From the NCBI GenBank assembly GCA_045576615.1, contig JAZNGU010000055.1, forward strand, positions 1,415 through 65,414: a DNA stretch of 64,000 bases, in the 5' to 3' direction. Shown piece after piece: positions 1 through 9,288 of this stretch; position 1 is the first letter of the stretch; every line of letters starts with the position of its first letter. The notes under the pieces are model-generated. The model was not told where the DNA came from. It saw nothing but the letters and a program-made list of their open reading frames with translations, and searched no databases. A program made the position numbers and the translations under genes. Source of the stretch: Acutalibacteraceae bacterium (GTDB taxonomy: Bacteria > Bacillota > Clostridia > Oscillospirales > Acutalibacteraceae).

Positions 1-586
1 GCGTATAGCAGAAATAAAAAGAAAAACTGCAGAAACTGATATATATGTAAAGCTTAACCTTGACGGAACGGGTCAATGCGATATTGATACAGGTATTGGT
101 TTTTTTGACCATATGCTTATTCTTTTTGCAAAGCATTCAAGGTTCGATTTAACTGTTAAATGTTGTGGTGATATCTGGGTTGACGGTCATCACACAACTG
201 AAGATATCGGTATTGCTCTCGGTCAGGCTTTTAAAGAGGCAATAGGAGAAAAGAGAGGTATTCACCGATACGGCAGTACAATTCTTCCTATGGATGAAGC
301 ACTCATTCTTTCTGCGGTTGATATTTCGGGAAGAGCATATCTTCAGTATTATATGAATATTCCTGCACCAACGGTAGGGGATTTTGATACTGAACTTTTA
401 AGAGAATTTTTTGTGGCATTTGCATTTAACAGTGCAATCACTCTTCACATTAAACAGCTTGACGGAGTGAATTCTCACCATTTGATTGAGGGTGCATTCA
501 AATCTGTTGCACGTACTCTTAAAAAGGCAGTTGCTATTGACGAAACAATGAAAAACGAGATTCCCTCTTCCAAAGGAGTTTTATAA
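1..586 (+). CDS. hisB: Imidazoleglycerol-phosphate dehydratase; start codon at or just off the window edge
   Basis: The frame of track ORF 113..586 stays open back to nt 2 (RIAEIKRKTAETDIYVKLNLDGTGQCDIDTGIGFFDHML...), a canonical IGPD N-terminus. Nt 1 (g) could be the last base of the ATG. TAATG overlap with hisH. Confidence 0.92.
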   Translation, partial: RIAEIKRKTAETDIYVKLNLDGTGQCDIDTGIGFFDHMLILFAKHSRFDLTVKCCGDIWVDGHHTTEDIGIALGQAFKEAIGEKRGIHRYGSTILPMDEALILSAVDISGRAYLQYYMNIPAPTVGDFDTELLREFFVAFAFNSAITLHIKQLDGVNSHHLIEGAFKSVARTLKKAVAIDETMKNEIPSSKGVL

Positions 587-1197
587 TGGTTGCAATAATT
601 GACTATGGTGTTGGAAACTTGTTCTCTCTTCAATGCTCTCTTAAGAAAATCGGTGTTGAAGCAGTTGTAACAAGTGATGAAAATGTAATAAAAGAGGCAG
701 ACAGAATAATTCTTCCCGGTGTTGGTGCATTTGGTGATGCGGCAAAAAAACTTTGTTCATCGGGTCTTGTAAAACTTATTACAGAAGAAGCCAAAAACGG
801 AAAACCGTTTTTGGGTATCTGCCTTGGTATGCAGTTGCTTTTTGAAAAAGGCTTTGAATATGGTGAGCATGAGGGTTTGGGTTTCCTTAAAGGTAACGTA
901 ATTCCTTTGGAAAATAAAATTCCCGAAAACCTGAATATTCCACATATGGGTTGGAATGCGCTTGATTTTGCAGGGGAGAAAAGCCCGATTTTTAAATATA
1001 TAAATGATGGCGACTTCGTTTATTTTGTTCATTCGTATTATGCAACTGATTGTGACGACTCCGTTATTGCCACTTCCGAATATGGTATTCCCGTGACTGC
1101 GGCAGTGGGCAAAGGCAATATTTTTGGTTGTCAATTCCACCCCGAGAAAAGCGGAGAGGTAGGATTAAAAATACTTAAGGCTTTCGCCGAAATATGA
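586..1197 (+). CDS. hisH: Imidazole glycerol phosphate synthase, glutamine amidotransferase subunit
   Basis: 203 aa. Class-I GATase motifs (LPGVGAFG, GICLGMQLL, FVHSY, QFHPEKS). Sits in the his operon. Confidence 0.95.
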   Translation: MVAIIDYGVGNLFSLQCSLKKIGVEAVVTSDENVIKEADRIILPGVGAFGDAAKKLCSSGLVKLITEEAKNGKPFLGICLGMQLLFEKGFEYGEHEGLGFLKGNVIPLENKIPENLNIPHMGWNALDFAGEKSPIFKYINDGDFVYFVHSYYATDCDDSVIATSEYGIPVTAAVGKGNIFGCQFHPEKSGEVGLKILKAFAEI

Positions 1198-1206
1198 GGT
1201 AATACA

Positions 1207-1920
1207 ATGAAAATTTTTCCCGCGATAGATTTATATGAGGGTAAAGCTGTCAGACTTTTAAAAGGTAACTATAACGATTTAACAGTTTATTCCGAAAACC
1301 CTATTGAAATAGCAAAGGATTTTGAAAGTCAGGGCGCAACCGAGCTCCACACTGTTGACCTTGAGGGTGCTCGTGATGGCGGAACACCTAATATTGATAT
1401 AATTAAAAGCTTTGTCGAAAACACAACCTTGAATGTTGAGGTCGGCGGCGGTATTCGTTCAATGGAAACCGTTAAAGCCTATCTTGATGCAGGTGTAAGA
1501 CGTGTTATTTTAGGGACAGCGGCAGTAACCGATGAAGAATTTCTGAAAACTGCCGTTACAACATACGGTGACAAAATTGCCGTTGGTGCAGATATTAAAG
1601 ACGGAAAAGTTGCCATTAAAGGCTGGGTTGAAAAATCCGAATACGGTACATTCGAGTTCTTTGAAAAACTCCAGAAAATCGGAGTTTCAACTGTAATTTG
1701 CACTGATATTTCCAAAGATGGCGCAATGCAGGGCACAAACAGAGAGCTTTATAAAGAGCTTTCAGAGAGATTCAGCGTTAATATAATTGCATCGGGTGGA
1801 GTTTCAACTCTTGATGATATTACTGCTCTTAACCAAATGAACCTTTATGGCGCAATTATCGGTAAAGCCTATTACACAGGTGCAATTAAAATAAGTGATG
1901 CATTGGAGGCGGTTAAATGA
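1207..1920 (+). CDS. hisA: ProFAR isomerase (1-(5-phosphoribosyl)-5-[(5-phosphoribosylamino)methylideneamino]imidazole-4-carboxamide isomerase)
   Basis: 237 aa. MKIFPAIDL...GKAVRL, VGGGIRS, GGVS motifs. ATGA overlap with hisF. Confidence 0.95.
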   Translation: MKIFPAIDLYEGKAVRLLKGNYNDLTVYSENPIEIAKDFESQGATELHTVDLEGARDGGTPNIDIIKSFVENTTLNVEVGGGIRSMETVKAYLDAGVRRVILGTAAVTDEEFLKTAVTTYGDKIAVGADIKDGKVAIKGWVEKSEYGTFEFFEKLQKIGVSTVICTDISKDGAMQGTNRELYKELSERFSVNIIASGGVSTLDDITALNQMNLYGAIIGKAYYTGAIKISDALEAVK

Positions 1921-2675
1921 TTACAAAAAGGATTATACCCTGTCTCGATGTGAGAAACGGAACAGTTGTAAAAGGTACAAATTTTAAAGACCTTAACGAA
2001 ATTTCTTCACCTGTTCAGTTGGCGGAATATTATAGCTCCCATGGCGCAGATGAGCTCGTTTTCTATGACATAACCGCATCTTCTGACGGACGCAAACTTT
2101 TTACGGATATTCTTACTCAAACCGCTTCAAAGGTTTTTATTCCTTTGACTGTTGGCGGTGGTATAAATACACTTGATGATTTTGACAGAGTTTTAAAATG
2201 CGGTGCAGATAAAGTCAGCGTTAACTCAGGTGCAATAAGAAATCCTGATTTGATTCACGCGGCGGCAGAAAAATACGGTGACCAATGTGTTGTACTTTCC
2301 GTAGATGTTAAAAGGGTTGACGGACAGTTTAAAGTCTTTGCCAAAGGCGGAAGAGAAAATACAGGACTCGATGCTCTTGAGTGGATTAAGCGCGGTGTTA
2401 ACAACGGTGCGGGCGAAATTGTTGTTAATTCAATTGATACTGATGGTGTTAAAAAGGGTTTCGATATCGAAATGCTTAAAGCAGTTTGTGATATTGTCAA
2501 TGTTCCCGTAATTGCATCAGGTGGTGCAGGTGGTAAGCAGGATTTTGTTGATTTATTCAATACGGTACCACAGGTGAGCGCAGGTCTTGCGGCATCCATT
2601 TTCCACTATGGCGAAGTAACAATTGACGATTTAAAGAAAACTCTTAATGAGAATAACATAACAGTGAGGTTATAA
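1917..2675 (+). CDS. hisF: Imidazole glycerol phosphate synthase, cyclase subunit
   Basis: 252 aa. [28 protein letters not shown] motifs. Confidence 0.95.
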   Translation: MITKRIIPCLDVRNGTVVKGTNFKDLNEISSPVQLAEYYSSHGADELVFYDITASSDGRKLFTDILTQTASKVFIPLTVGGGINTLDDFDRVLKCGADKVSVNSGAIRNPDLIHAAAEKYGDQCVVLSVDVKRVDGQFKVFAKGGRENTGLDALEWIKRGVNNGAGEIVVNSIDTDGVKKGFDIEMLKAVCDIVNVPVIASGGAGGKQDFVDLFNTVPQVSAGLAASIFHYGEVTIDDLKKTLNENNITVRL

Positions 2676-2676
2676 T

Positions 2677-3327
2677 ATGTTTGATATAGAAAAGCTTAAA
2701 TTTGATGATAAAGGTCTTATTCCTGCAATTGTTGTGGATGATGAAACTAATCAGGTTCTTACCCTTGCATATATGAATAAGGAAAGCCTTGGTATTTCTC
2801 TTGAAAAGAAAAAAACTTGTTTCTGGAGCCGTTCAAGGCAGGAGCTCTGGCTCAAAGGTGAAATAAGCGGAAACTATCAGCATATTGTAAGTATTACTGC
2901 TGATTGCGATATGGATGCTCTTACAGTAAGAGTGAAAAAAGATGGTCCCGCTTGTCACACAGGTGAAGAAAGCTGCTTCTTTAATACAGTTTTTGAAAAT
3001 GAAGAGATAGCACCTGCATTCAGCGTTCAGAGCCTTGTTGAAACAATTGAAGGCAGAAAGCTTGACCCCAAAGAAGGTTCATACACAACCTACCTTTTTG
3101 AGAAGGGTATTGATAAAATTCTCAAAAAAGTTGGTGAAGAGTGTACAGAAGTTATTATCGCAGGTAAAGCTGACGATAAAGCAGAAACAATTTATGAAAT
3201 TTCTGACCTTATGTATCATGTTCTTGTTCTTATGATTGAAATGGGTATTTCAGTTGATGATATAATGAATGAGCTTAAATCCCGTCACGTTATTGATAAG
3301 AAAATCAAACAAGAGAAAATGGTTTAA
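2677..3327 (+). CDS. hisI: Bifunctional phosphoribosyl-AMP cyclohydrolase / phosphoribosyl-ATP pyrophosphatase
   Basis: 216 aa. N-terminal HisI (LIPAIVVD...WSRSR..LW.KGE.SGN) fused to C-terminal HisE (SYT..L......KK.GEE..E). Last gene of the his cluster. Confidence 0.93.
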   Translation: MFDIEKLKFDDKGLIPAIVVDDETNQVLTLAYMNKESLGISLEKKKTCFWSRSRQELWLKGEISGNYQHIVSITADCDMDALTVRVKKDGPACHTGEESCFFNTVFENEEIAPAFSVQSLVETIEGRKLDPKEGSYTTYLFEKGIDKILKKVGEECTEVIIAGKADDKAETIYEISDLMYHVLVLMIEMGISVDDIMNELKSRHVIDKKIKQEKMV

Positions 3328-3335
3328 AAATAATG

Positions 3336-3371
3336 ACACCCTACTGAATTTTTGAAAATTCAGTAGGGTGT
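3336..3371. terminator. Bidirectional intrinsic terminator (perfect 17 bp inverted repeat)
   Basis: ACACCCTACTGAATTTT / AAAATTCAGTAGGGTGT lies between convergent hisI (+) and the S-component gene (-). Confidence 0.8.
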
Positions 3372-3376
3372 TACTT

Positions 3377-3898
3377 TTAACTTTTTCGTGCTGCTTTTTC
3401 TGCAACTTTCAGTATTGAAATAATCGGGACAATCAAAAGTAAACCGCTTATGAAATTGCTCACTCCATGGATTAAATCATAGGGGAGACCTGCTACAATC
3501 CAGGCAACCATTCCTTTGAAATCAAGTCCAAACATAATGGCTTGTGCGGGGGCATAGATAACGCCATATAAAAATCCGTGCAAAGAGCAGAGTGTTGCAT
3601 ATATAATGGGGGTTGCTTTTATGGGTAAGTTCTTTGGTAAAAGCATTGTTGCTCCCCAAAGAATTGTCCAGATATATAAATATGGAATCCACCACATTGA
3701 AAAACCACCCAGAAGCCCTGTAAGAAACACAAAAATGTAAATAGGGTAGAGTGCTTTTTTTCTGTAAACAACCGTCATTGCTACTATGAAAGTTCCTATT
3801 AAGTGAATGTTGGGTAAAATATCAAGCAGTATCTTTGATGCATACATAACTGCGCCAAGCATACCGAAAATAACGGATTCTTTAAGTGTCAGTTTCAT
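3377..3898 (-). CDS. ECF-type S-component-like polytopic membrane protein (putative corrinoid-related substrate-capture subunit)
   Basis: 173 aa with about 6 hydrophobic helices, the size and topology of ECF S components. ATGA-coupled to the upstream DUF4430 gene and downstream of a cobalamin riboswitch. Confidence 0.6.
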   Translation of the reverse strand: MKLTLKESVIFGMLGAVMYASKILLDILPNIHLIGTFIVAMTVVYRKKALYPIYIFVFLTGLLGGFSMWWIPYLYIWTILWGATMLLPKNLPIKATPIIYATLCSLHGFLYGVIYAPAQAIMFGLDFKGMVAWIVAGLPYDLIHGVSNFISGLLLIVPIISILKVAEKAARKS

Positions 3899-4362
3899 CC
3901 TTTTTCAGCCTTGAAAGCGTAAGAGTTTCCTGCAACGATATCTGTTGTGTCAACACCGCTTGTTGCATATTCACCATTAGCATAGAATGCCCAATAAGCT
4001 CCGTCTTTGTCATAGTCAAGAGTTATTCCGTTTACGGTTTTAACATATAAACCGTATTGACCGTCCTCGCCCTCAATGAGTTTAAGATCTAAAAGTGCTT
4101 CGCCAACAGTTTTCTTATCTGTATTGATTTCAAAAACTGTTTCGTTGCCCTCAAGGTCAGTTACAGTGAAATTGAATTTGGTTTCACCTTCACCGAGAAC
4201 AGTCGCTTTCGGACTTTCGGTTGTTGATACTGCACTGTTTGTTGTTGTGGTAGTATCGTCTGCTTTGTTGTCGTTACATGCAGTTGTAAAAAGTGCAATA
4301 GCCGCAATAAGCACAATACAAAGGATGAACGACAACGCTTTTTTACTGCGTGTCATTTTCAT
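3895..4362 (-). CDS. Lipoprotein with DUF4430 (transcobalamin/intrinsic-factor beta-domain-like) C-terminal domain
   Basis: 155 aa. Signal peptide plus lipobox (LFTTAC), Thr-rich linker, then a GEALLDL..YGLYV.TVNG...YWAFYANGEYA.SG pattern typical of DUF4430. RBS AAAGGAG lies 9 nt upstream of the ATG. Confidence 0.7.
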   Translation of the reverse strand: MKMTRSKKALSFILCIVLIAAIALFTTACNDNKADDTTTTTNSAVSTTESPKATVLGEGETKFNFTVTDLEGNETVFEINTDKKTVGEALLDLKLIEGEDGQYGLYVKTVNGITLDYDKDGAYWAFYANGEYATSGVDTTDIVAGNSYAFKAEKG

Positions 4363-4404
4363 TTTTGAAAACTCCTTTATTAATTATTCCTCTTTTATAT
4401 AAAC

Positions 4405-4605
4405 CGGCACTCGCAGTCAAGACAATGTCTTTAAAAGAGTTGTTGTTAACGGGTATTTCGACTTAGTGCATCATTTATCGCCTTCTCAAAGGTATAACCT
4501 TCAATGGCGTTTCACTATTTTGCGGCAATAGTATAGATAAATAATATAAAAGCACCTCACGGCGACGGGCTCGTACAGGATTTGCACCTGTTTCCCCTGA
4601 TAACA
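4405..4605 (-). promoter_or_regulatory. Cobalamin (B12) riboswitch in the leader of the DUF4430 / S-component operon
   Basis: The minus strand reads ...TATCAGGGGAAACAGGTGCAAATCCTGTACGAGCCCGTCGCCGTGAGG...GAAACGCCATTGAAGG..CCTTTGAGAAGGCG...AAGTCGAAATACCCGTTAACAACAAC. These match the conserved AGGGAA / GGTGNNAATCC / GCCACTG-like B12 box / AGTCAGGAnACCTGCC-like blocks. P1 can form between GTTGCTTGTTA and TAACAACAAC. Confidence 0.8.
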
Positions 4606-4611
4606 AGCAAC

Positions 4612-4639
4612 ATTATAACACAATTCTTTTTTTATTCAA
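4612..4639 (-). promoter_or_regulatory. Sigma-A-type promoter for the riboswitch operon
   Basis: The minus strand reads TTGAAT, 16 nt, TATAAT (preceded by TGT), immediately upstream of the riboswitch. Confidence 0.55.
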
Positions 4640-4669
4640 TATTTTGTGATATACCAAATTCCCTTTTTC

Positions 4670-4698
4670 TTGACAAAAACAGGGAATTAGAATACAAT
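4670..4698 (+). promoter_or_regulatory. Sigma-A-type promoter for the tagF-like / tagD genes
   Basis: TTGACA (4670..4675), 17 nt, TACAAT (4693..4698). Confidence 0.6.
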
Positions 4699-4730
4699 AT
4701 GATTTAATAAAAAGTCACTTGAGGTGGCGT

Positions 4731-5828
4731 ATGAAAATATTAATAATTAAGATTTTTGTTGTTTTTATAAAGGTTCTTTATTCCTTTATGAAACTGCGAA
4801 AAACAGAAAATAAAATAGTCTGGCTTTCAAGGCAAAGTAATGAAAAATCCGAAGATATGAAAATGCTTTCGGAAGAAATTTCAAAAATATCTCCTGAAAC
4901 CAAACAGGTCTTCAGACTTTGTCGTCTCGAAAATGAAAGTGGTTTATTTGTTTCGTACATTTCCTTTATTTTAAGAGATATGTGGGAAATTGCTTCTGCA
5001 AAAATAGCGGTTACAGATACTTACTCAATTCCCGTTTCCTGTCTTAATCATAAATCGGATTTGACAATTTTTCAGATTTGGCACGCTTTAGGTGCAATTA
5101 AAAAATTTAGTTTGCAGTCAGCAGGTAAGGCGCAGGGAAGAGATTTAGGCGTAGCAAAAGCAATGTCTATGCATAAAAATTATGATTTTGTTATTGCGCC
5201 ATCCGAAAAAACAGCAGAGTTTTATTGTGAGGCATTTGGTTGCAGTAAAGACAAGATAATTATAGCATCTCTTCCAAGAGTTGATGTTATTTCAGATGGT
5301 AAATCACGTTACGAAGAGTTTATTGACCTTAACCCACAATTTAAAGATAAAAAAATAATTGCATATCTTCCCACATTCAGAGAAAATGACAGCGTTTATA
5401 TTAAACAGCTTTTTGATGTGTTTAAAAATGATGAGGAATATGCTTTGGTGGTATCACTCCATCCTGCTACCGAAAAATCAGAAGAATATATAATCAATGG
5501 TGATTTCACAACCTACGATTTAGCAAAACTCTCTTATGGTATAATTTCTGATTATTCTGCAACTGCTTTGGAATGTTCGTTGTTAAATAAACCTTTGTGG
5601 TTTTATGTTCCCGATTATGAACAGTATAAAACTGAAAAAGGTCTCAATATTGATGTTAAAGCAGAGTTTTCAGAGGTTTGTTTTGAGAAAGCAGAAGAGT
5701 TGTTACAGGGAATAAAAAACAACGTTTATGATTTTGATAACCTGAAAAGGTTTTCAGATAAATATATTGAAAATAAAGGTACAAATAATACAGAAAATCT
5801 AGCGGGTATTATTTGTAACCAATTGTGA
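4731..5828 (+). CDS. CDP-glycerol glycerophosphotransferase family protein (TagB/TagF-like)
   Basis: N-terminal membrane-associated helix. Family-typical QIWHA.G..K, YLPTFR and SDYSA...E motifs. Start moved from the track TTG 4719 to ATG 4731, which follows RBS GAGGTGG (4721..4727). Confidence 0.85.
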   Translation: MKILIIKIFVVFIKVLYSFMKLRKTENKIVWLSRQSNEKSEDMKMLSEEISKISPETKQVFRLCRLENESGLFVSYISFILRDMWEIASAKIAVTDTYSIPVSCLNHKSDLTIFQIWHALGAIKKFSLQSAGKAQGRDLGVAKAMSMHKNYDFVIAPSEKTAEFYCEAFGCSKDKIIIASLPRVDVISDGKSRYEEFIDLNPQFKDKKIIAYLPTFRENDSVYIKQLFDVFKNDEEYALVVSLHPATEKSEEYIINGDFTTYDLAKLSYGIISDYSATALECSLLNKPLWFYVPDYEQYKTEKGLNIDVKAEFSEVCFEKAEELLQGIKNNVYDFDNLKRFSDKYIENKGTNNTENLAGIICNQL

Positions 5829-5843
5829 TAAGGAGCATGAGAA

Positions 5844-6275
5844 ATGAAAAGAATTTTAACCTATGGTACATTTGATTTGTTACATTATGGTCACATTCGC
5901 ATTTTAAAAAGAGCAAAAGAATTAGGTGATTACCTTGTTGTTGCGCTTTCAACCGATGAGTTTAATGCCACAAAAGGTAAAAAAGCATATCACAGTTACG
6001 AAACACGTAAAAAAATGCTTGAAGCTATAAGATATGTTGACCTTGTTATTCCTGAAAACAATTGGGAACAGAAAATTCAGGATATTAAAGATTATAAAAT
6101 TGATGTTGTTGTAATGGGGGACGACTGGGCAGGTAGCGATAAATTTGACTACCTTAAAGAGTATTGTGAGGTTAAATTCCTTGAAAGAACACCCGGTGTT
6201 TCTACAACAATGATTAAAAATGACCTTCAACTTCAGGAAACCGTTGATGGTGTTGATCAGGTTCCCAGAACATAA
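5844..6275 (+). CDS. tagD: Glycerol-3-phosphate cytidylyltransferase
   Basis: 143 aa. MKRILTYGTFDLLHYGHIRILKRAKELGDYLVV... is the TagD/TarD signature, including the HxGH motif. Confidence 0.93.
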   Translation: MKRILTYGTFDLLHYGHIRILKRAKELGDYLVVALSTDEFNATKGKKAYHSYETRKKMLEAIRYVDLVIPENNWEQKIQDIKDYKIDVVVMGDDWAGSDKFDYLKEYCEVKFLERTPGVSTTMIKNDLQLQETVDGVDQVPRT

Positions 6276-6290
6276 AATTCAACAAAAGTA

Positions 6291-6328
6291 AAAGCTATCG
6301 ACTCGATTGTCGATAGCTTTATTTTTTT
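6291..6328. terminator. Intrinsic terminator between convergent tagD and the TagF-GT4 fusion gene
   Basis: AAAGCTATCGAC-tcgatt-GTCGATAGCTTT followed by a T-run. Confidence 0.8.
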
Positions 6329-8771
6329 ATTGTAACAAAGACAAAAATTCGTTTACGGCATTCCCGTTGTATGCTTTGTAATCGGTTGTGAGCAAGGGTG
6401 CTTTTTCTTCAAGAAGAAGTCTGAATCCTTTTTCAACACCATCAAGTGTGTTTTCAACAAGAGTTCCGTTGTTCTTGTTCATAAAGGTTCTTGGTCCTAC
6501 AATGTCTGTTGAAACAACGGGTAAACCAAGAATATCCGCTTCTGCAAGAACAAGACCAAAGCCTTCGTAATGAGATGCCAGAATGAATCCGTCACACTGC
6601 TTTACAACTGGTAATGGATTTTTCATGGTCATAATAAGAATTATGTTATCACAACAGGGCAGTTCTTTTATATATTCTTTAAGTATATTGTAATGGTTGT
6701 TGTATTGGTTACCGCCAATGATAATGAAATAAGAGTTTTTGTTATCCTGCCACACTTTATTGAAAGCATTTACCATTCTTTTGTGGTCTTTTTCGGGGGA
6801 AAATCTGCCTACACTTACAATCTTCTTGGTGTCACTGTTCAGAATTTCTTTTATCTCATCCAATGTTTTATTGCTTTGAGTTATGCCATCCTCAAAACAA
6901 ATATCTTGTTCACCTCGTCTGAGTATTTCTTCATAAGCAATAACATTGTGTGCTGTTTTGAAATTATGAGTGCTTTCCACAAAAGTTGAAATAGGTTCAA
7001 AAATGTCTTCGGTTACAAGGGCAACATTGTCATAATTTTTATAGGCATATCTAAGAACATCTTCTCTTTGATTGCCTCTTGTTTCAATTTCTTTTCGCAT
7101 ATCGCTGTGAACATATATGGTTTTTTTGCAGTCAAAATTAGCAAAAAGAAGAATCATTTTAGGTCCGTAACCTGTAAATTGTATTGCGTGGTCGAATTTT
7201 GCTCCGCCAAACAATCTTGTTATTTCGTATTTCCATTCATTTTCTAAAAGCTTAGCTATGAAATCAACTTTTATAAATTTTTTCTTTATAAAGCACATTG
7301 CAAGAAAAGCATACCAGAATATGTTTTTGAAAAGACCAAGGTTTAATTTATCGTGCATGGGGAAATAGCCGACCCCATCGGGTAAATCTGCAATCGTGCT
7401 TTGGTGAGCTTTTGCTTTTGTAGCAGGGAAACAAATAAAGTAATTGTTTTCTTTGGTATCAATGTTTTTTAAAAGATTATAAAGAGAAGCCGTAACACCG
7501 TTCTGGTCAAGGTTACCGGCGTGAATAAGGATATTCTTTTTGTTGTTATAAGGTATTTCTTTTAATTCAATTTTGTCAGATGTCCTTTTATTGAATACCA
7601 GGTCAAGAATGTTTTTTGTAGCGCCTTTGCAGTCATAAGCACAATACTCTTTTAAGAACTCTGTATCATCGTATTGCTTTTCTGAACGGATTTCTTTGAT
7701 AAGCTCTTCAACTGTTTTTACTTGTGGGAAGGGGAGTTCATTGATTGATTTATAAACGCCTCGGTCTGCAAAATACTCTTCTGCATCATAGGTGAAAAGT
7801 ACGCATTTGCTTCTTGTTACTGCATAATCGTAAAAAACACTTGAATAGTCAGTTATAAGACAATCTGTGCAGTTAAGAAAATCATAGGTCTCAAGATTCT
7901 GCGGAAATTTTTTGATGTGTTTAAATCCGCTGAAATCAACATTTTTTACTGCAATAGGGTGGAGGTTTACATATAAAATTTCATCTTCGGTTAAAAGGTT
8001 GTCAATTTCATTAAGATACTCTGTCATTTGGGCGTTTGCGTTTTTGTTTATGTCGCCTATGGCACCGCGCCAGGTGGGCATATAGGCATATATTTTTGTG
8101 CTTTCTCCGCCAAATTGTTTTCGCAATTCTTCTCTTCTTTCGGAGTTGAAGAAAATGGTGTTACGAGGATAACCCGAAAGAACACAAGTACCTTTAGCAA
8201 GATTCTTGAGCATATAATCGTCTGTCATGTGCTCCATTGTGTAGGTGTTGGGATAAAGCAGGTAATCAGCACCAACAAAGTTCTTTTGTGTGTTTCCGAT
8301 ATTGTGCATAGCATTTTTTATGCCCTTGCCCAACGTTTTGAGCGGTGTTCCGTGCCAGGTGTTAAGGTAAATCTGTTCTTCTCTTTTGGTGAAAAAGGGA
8401 AGAAAAGTGTTATCGTTAAAAAGATATTTGGCAGTAGCAACAACCTGCATATATTTAAGCGAATAAACTGTAACGAATTTAAAGTTCTTGATACCATAAG
8501 TATCAAGAATGTTTTTTATTTTTTGTTTACTGTTTGCTTTACAACTTAAGAAGATTTTATAGGTTTTGTATTCCTGGTTTGTTGAAAGTTCTTTTAAAAT
8601 ATAAAAGATGTTGCCGCTTATTTCTCCGCCGTGTTGTGCTTCAAGAAGTATTGTTTTGTTGTCAACAGGTGATTTTTTTAAACACCTTGAATACATTGCA
8701 CAAGGCAAAAGAGTTAAAGCCCATTTTAAAATTTTGTTGTTTTTTATTTGTGAGAGAACTTTTTTTATCAT
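6327..8771 (-). CDS. Bifunctional CDP-glycerol glycerophosphotransferase (N-terminal) / GT4-type glycosyltransferase (C-terminal)
   Basis: The N-terminal half has TagF-family motifs (NTWHGTPLK, YMPTWR, TDYSSVFYDY). The C-terminal half has a GT-B/GT4 EX7E-type end (SHYEGFGLVLAEADILGLPVVSTD). Start set at ATG 8771, behind RBS GGAGGA; track ORF 8801 has no RBS. Confidence 0.85.
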   Translation of the reverse strand: MIKKVLSQIKNNKILKWALTLLPCAMYSRCLKKSPVDNKTILLEAQHGGEISGNIFYILKELSTNQEYKTYKIFLSCKANSKQKIKNILDTYGIKNFKFVTVYSLKYMQVVATAKYLFNDNTFLPFFTKREEQIYLNTWHGTPLKTLGKGIKNAMHNIGNTQKNFVGADYLLYPNTYTMEHMTDDYMLKNLAKGTCVLSGYPRNTIFFNSERREELRKQFGGESTKIYAYMPTWRGAIGDINKNANAQMTEYLNEIDNLLTEDEILYVNLHPIAVKNVDFSGFKHIKKFPQNLETYDFLNCTDCLITDYSSVFYDYAVTRSKCVLFTYDAEEYFADRGVYKSINELPFPQVKTVEELIKEIRSEKQYDDTEFLKEYCAYDCKGATKNILDLVFNKRTSDKIELKEIPYNNKKNILIHAGNLDQNGVTASLYNLLKNIDTKENNYFICFPATKAKAHQSTIADLPDGVGYFPMHDKLNLGLFKNIFWYAFLAMCFIKKKFIKVDFIAKLLENEWKYEITRLFGGAKFDHAIQFTGYGPKMILLFANFDCKKTIYVHSDMRKEIETRGNQREDVLRYAYKNYDNVALVTEDIFEPISTFVESTHNFKTAHNVIAYEEILRRGEQDICFEDGITQSNKTLDEIKEILNSDTKKIVSVGRFSPEKDHKRMVNAFNKVWQDNKNSYFIIIGGNQYNNHYNILKEYIKELPCCDNIILIMTMKNPLPVVKQCDGFILASHYEGFGLVLAEADILGLPVVSTDIVGPRTFMNKNNGTLVENTLDGVEKGFRLLLEEKAPLLTTDYKAYNGNAVNEFLSLLQ

Positions 8772-8958
8772 TTTAAATCCTCCGAAATTGCAATATATCA
8801 ATAATATAACACATAACGGTATGAATTTCCATAACTATTTTGAGTAGTGTAGAGTTTAATATGTGTTTTTTAAATACTTTGTTTTTTTCGCCTTTATGTG
8901 ACGTTTTTTTCGTAAGAGAAAATGTAAACTCAAATTATATTCAAAAGGAGGAATAAAT

Positions 8959-9288
8959 ATGCCTGTAACTTTAAAAAACAGAAACGGCACATTAACTGCA
9001 TTTATTAAAGGGGAGATAGATCACCATACTGTTCCTGAAATAAGAGATACTATTGATGATGCGTTTGTCAGTATTGAAAATATTAATACTCTGGTGCTTG
9101 ATTTTTATGATGTAACTTTTATGGATAGCTCGGGCGTTGGTCTTGTTATGGGGCGGTATCGTCTTGTTTCAGGTAAGGGTAAAAAACTTAAAGTCAACAA
9201 CCTTTCAAAACGTGATTACACAATTATGAAGATGTCCGGAATAGAAAAACTTGCAGAGATAAATCAAAAAAATGAGGTGTATATATGA
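8959..9288 (+). CDS. spoIIAA: Anti-sigma-F factor antagonist (STAS domain)
   Basis: 109 aa. FMDSSGVGLV phospho-serine motif. First gene of the spoIIA-type operon. RBS AAAGGAGGA. Confidence 0.92.
   Translation: MPVTLKNRNGTLTAFIKGEIDHHTVPEIRDTIDDAFVSIENINTLVLDFYDVTFMDSSGVGLVMGRYRLVSGKGKKLKVNNLSKRDYTIMKMSGIEKLAEINQKNEVYI

Noticed and set aside
8028-8549. 173-aa plus-strand ORF (and neighbours 8534..8776 and 8608..8847)
   Set aside because: Antisense to the TagF-GT4 fusion gene. No homology pattern and no RBS.
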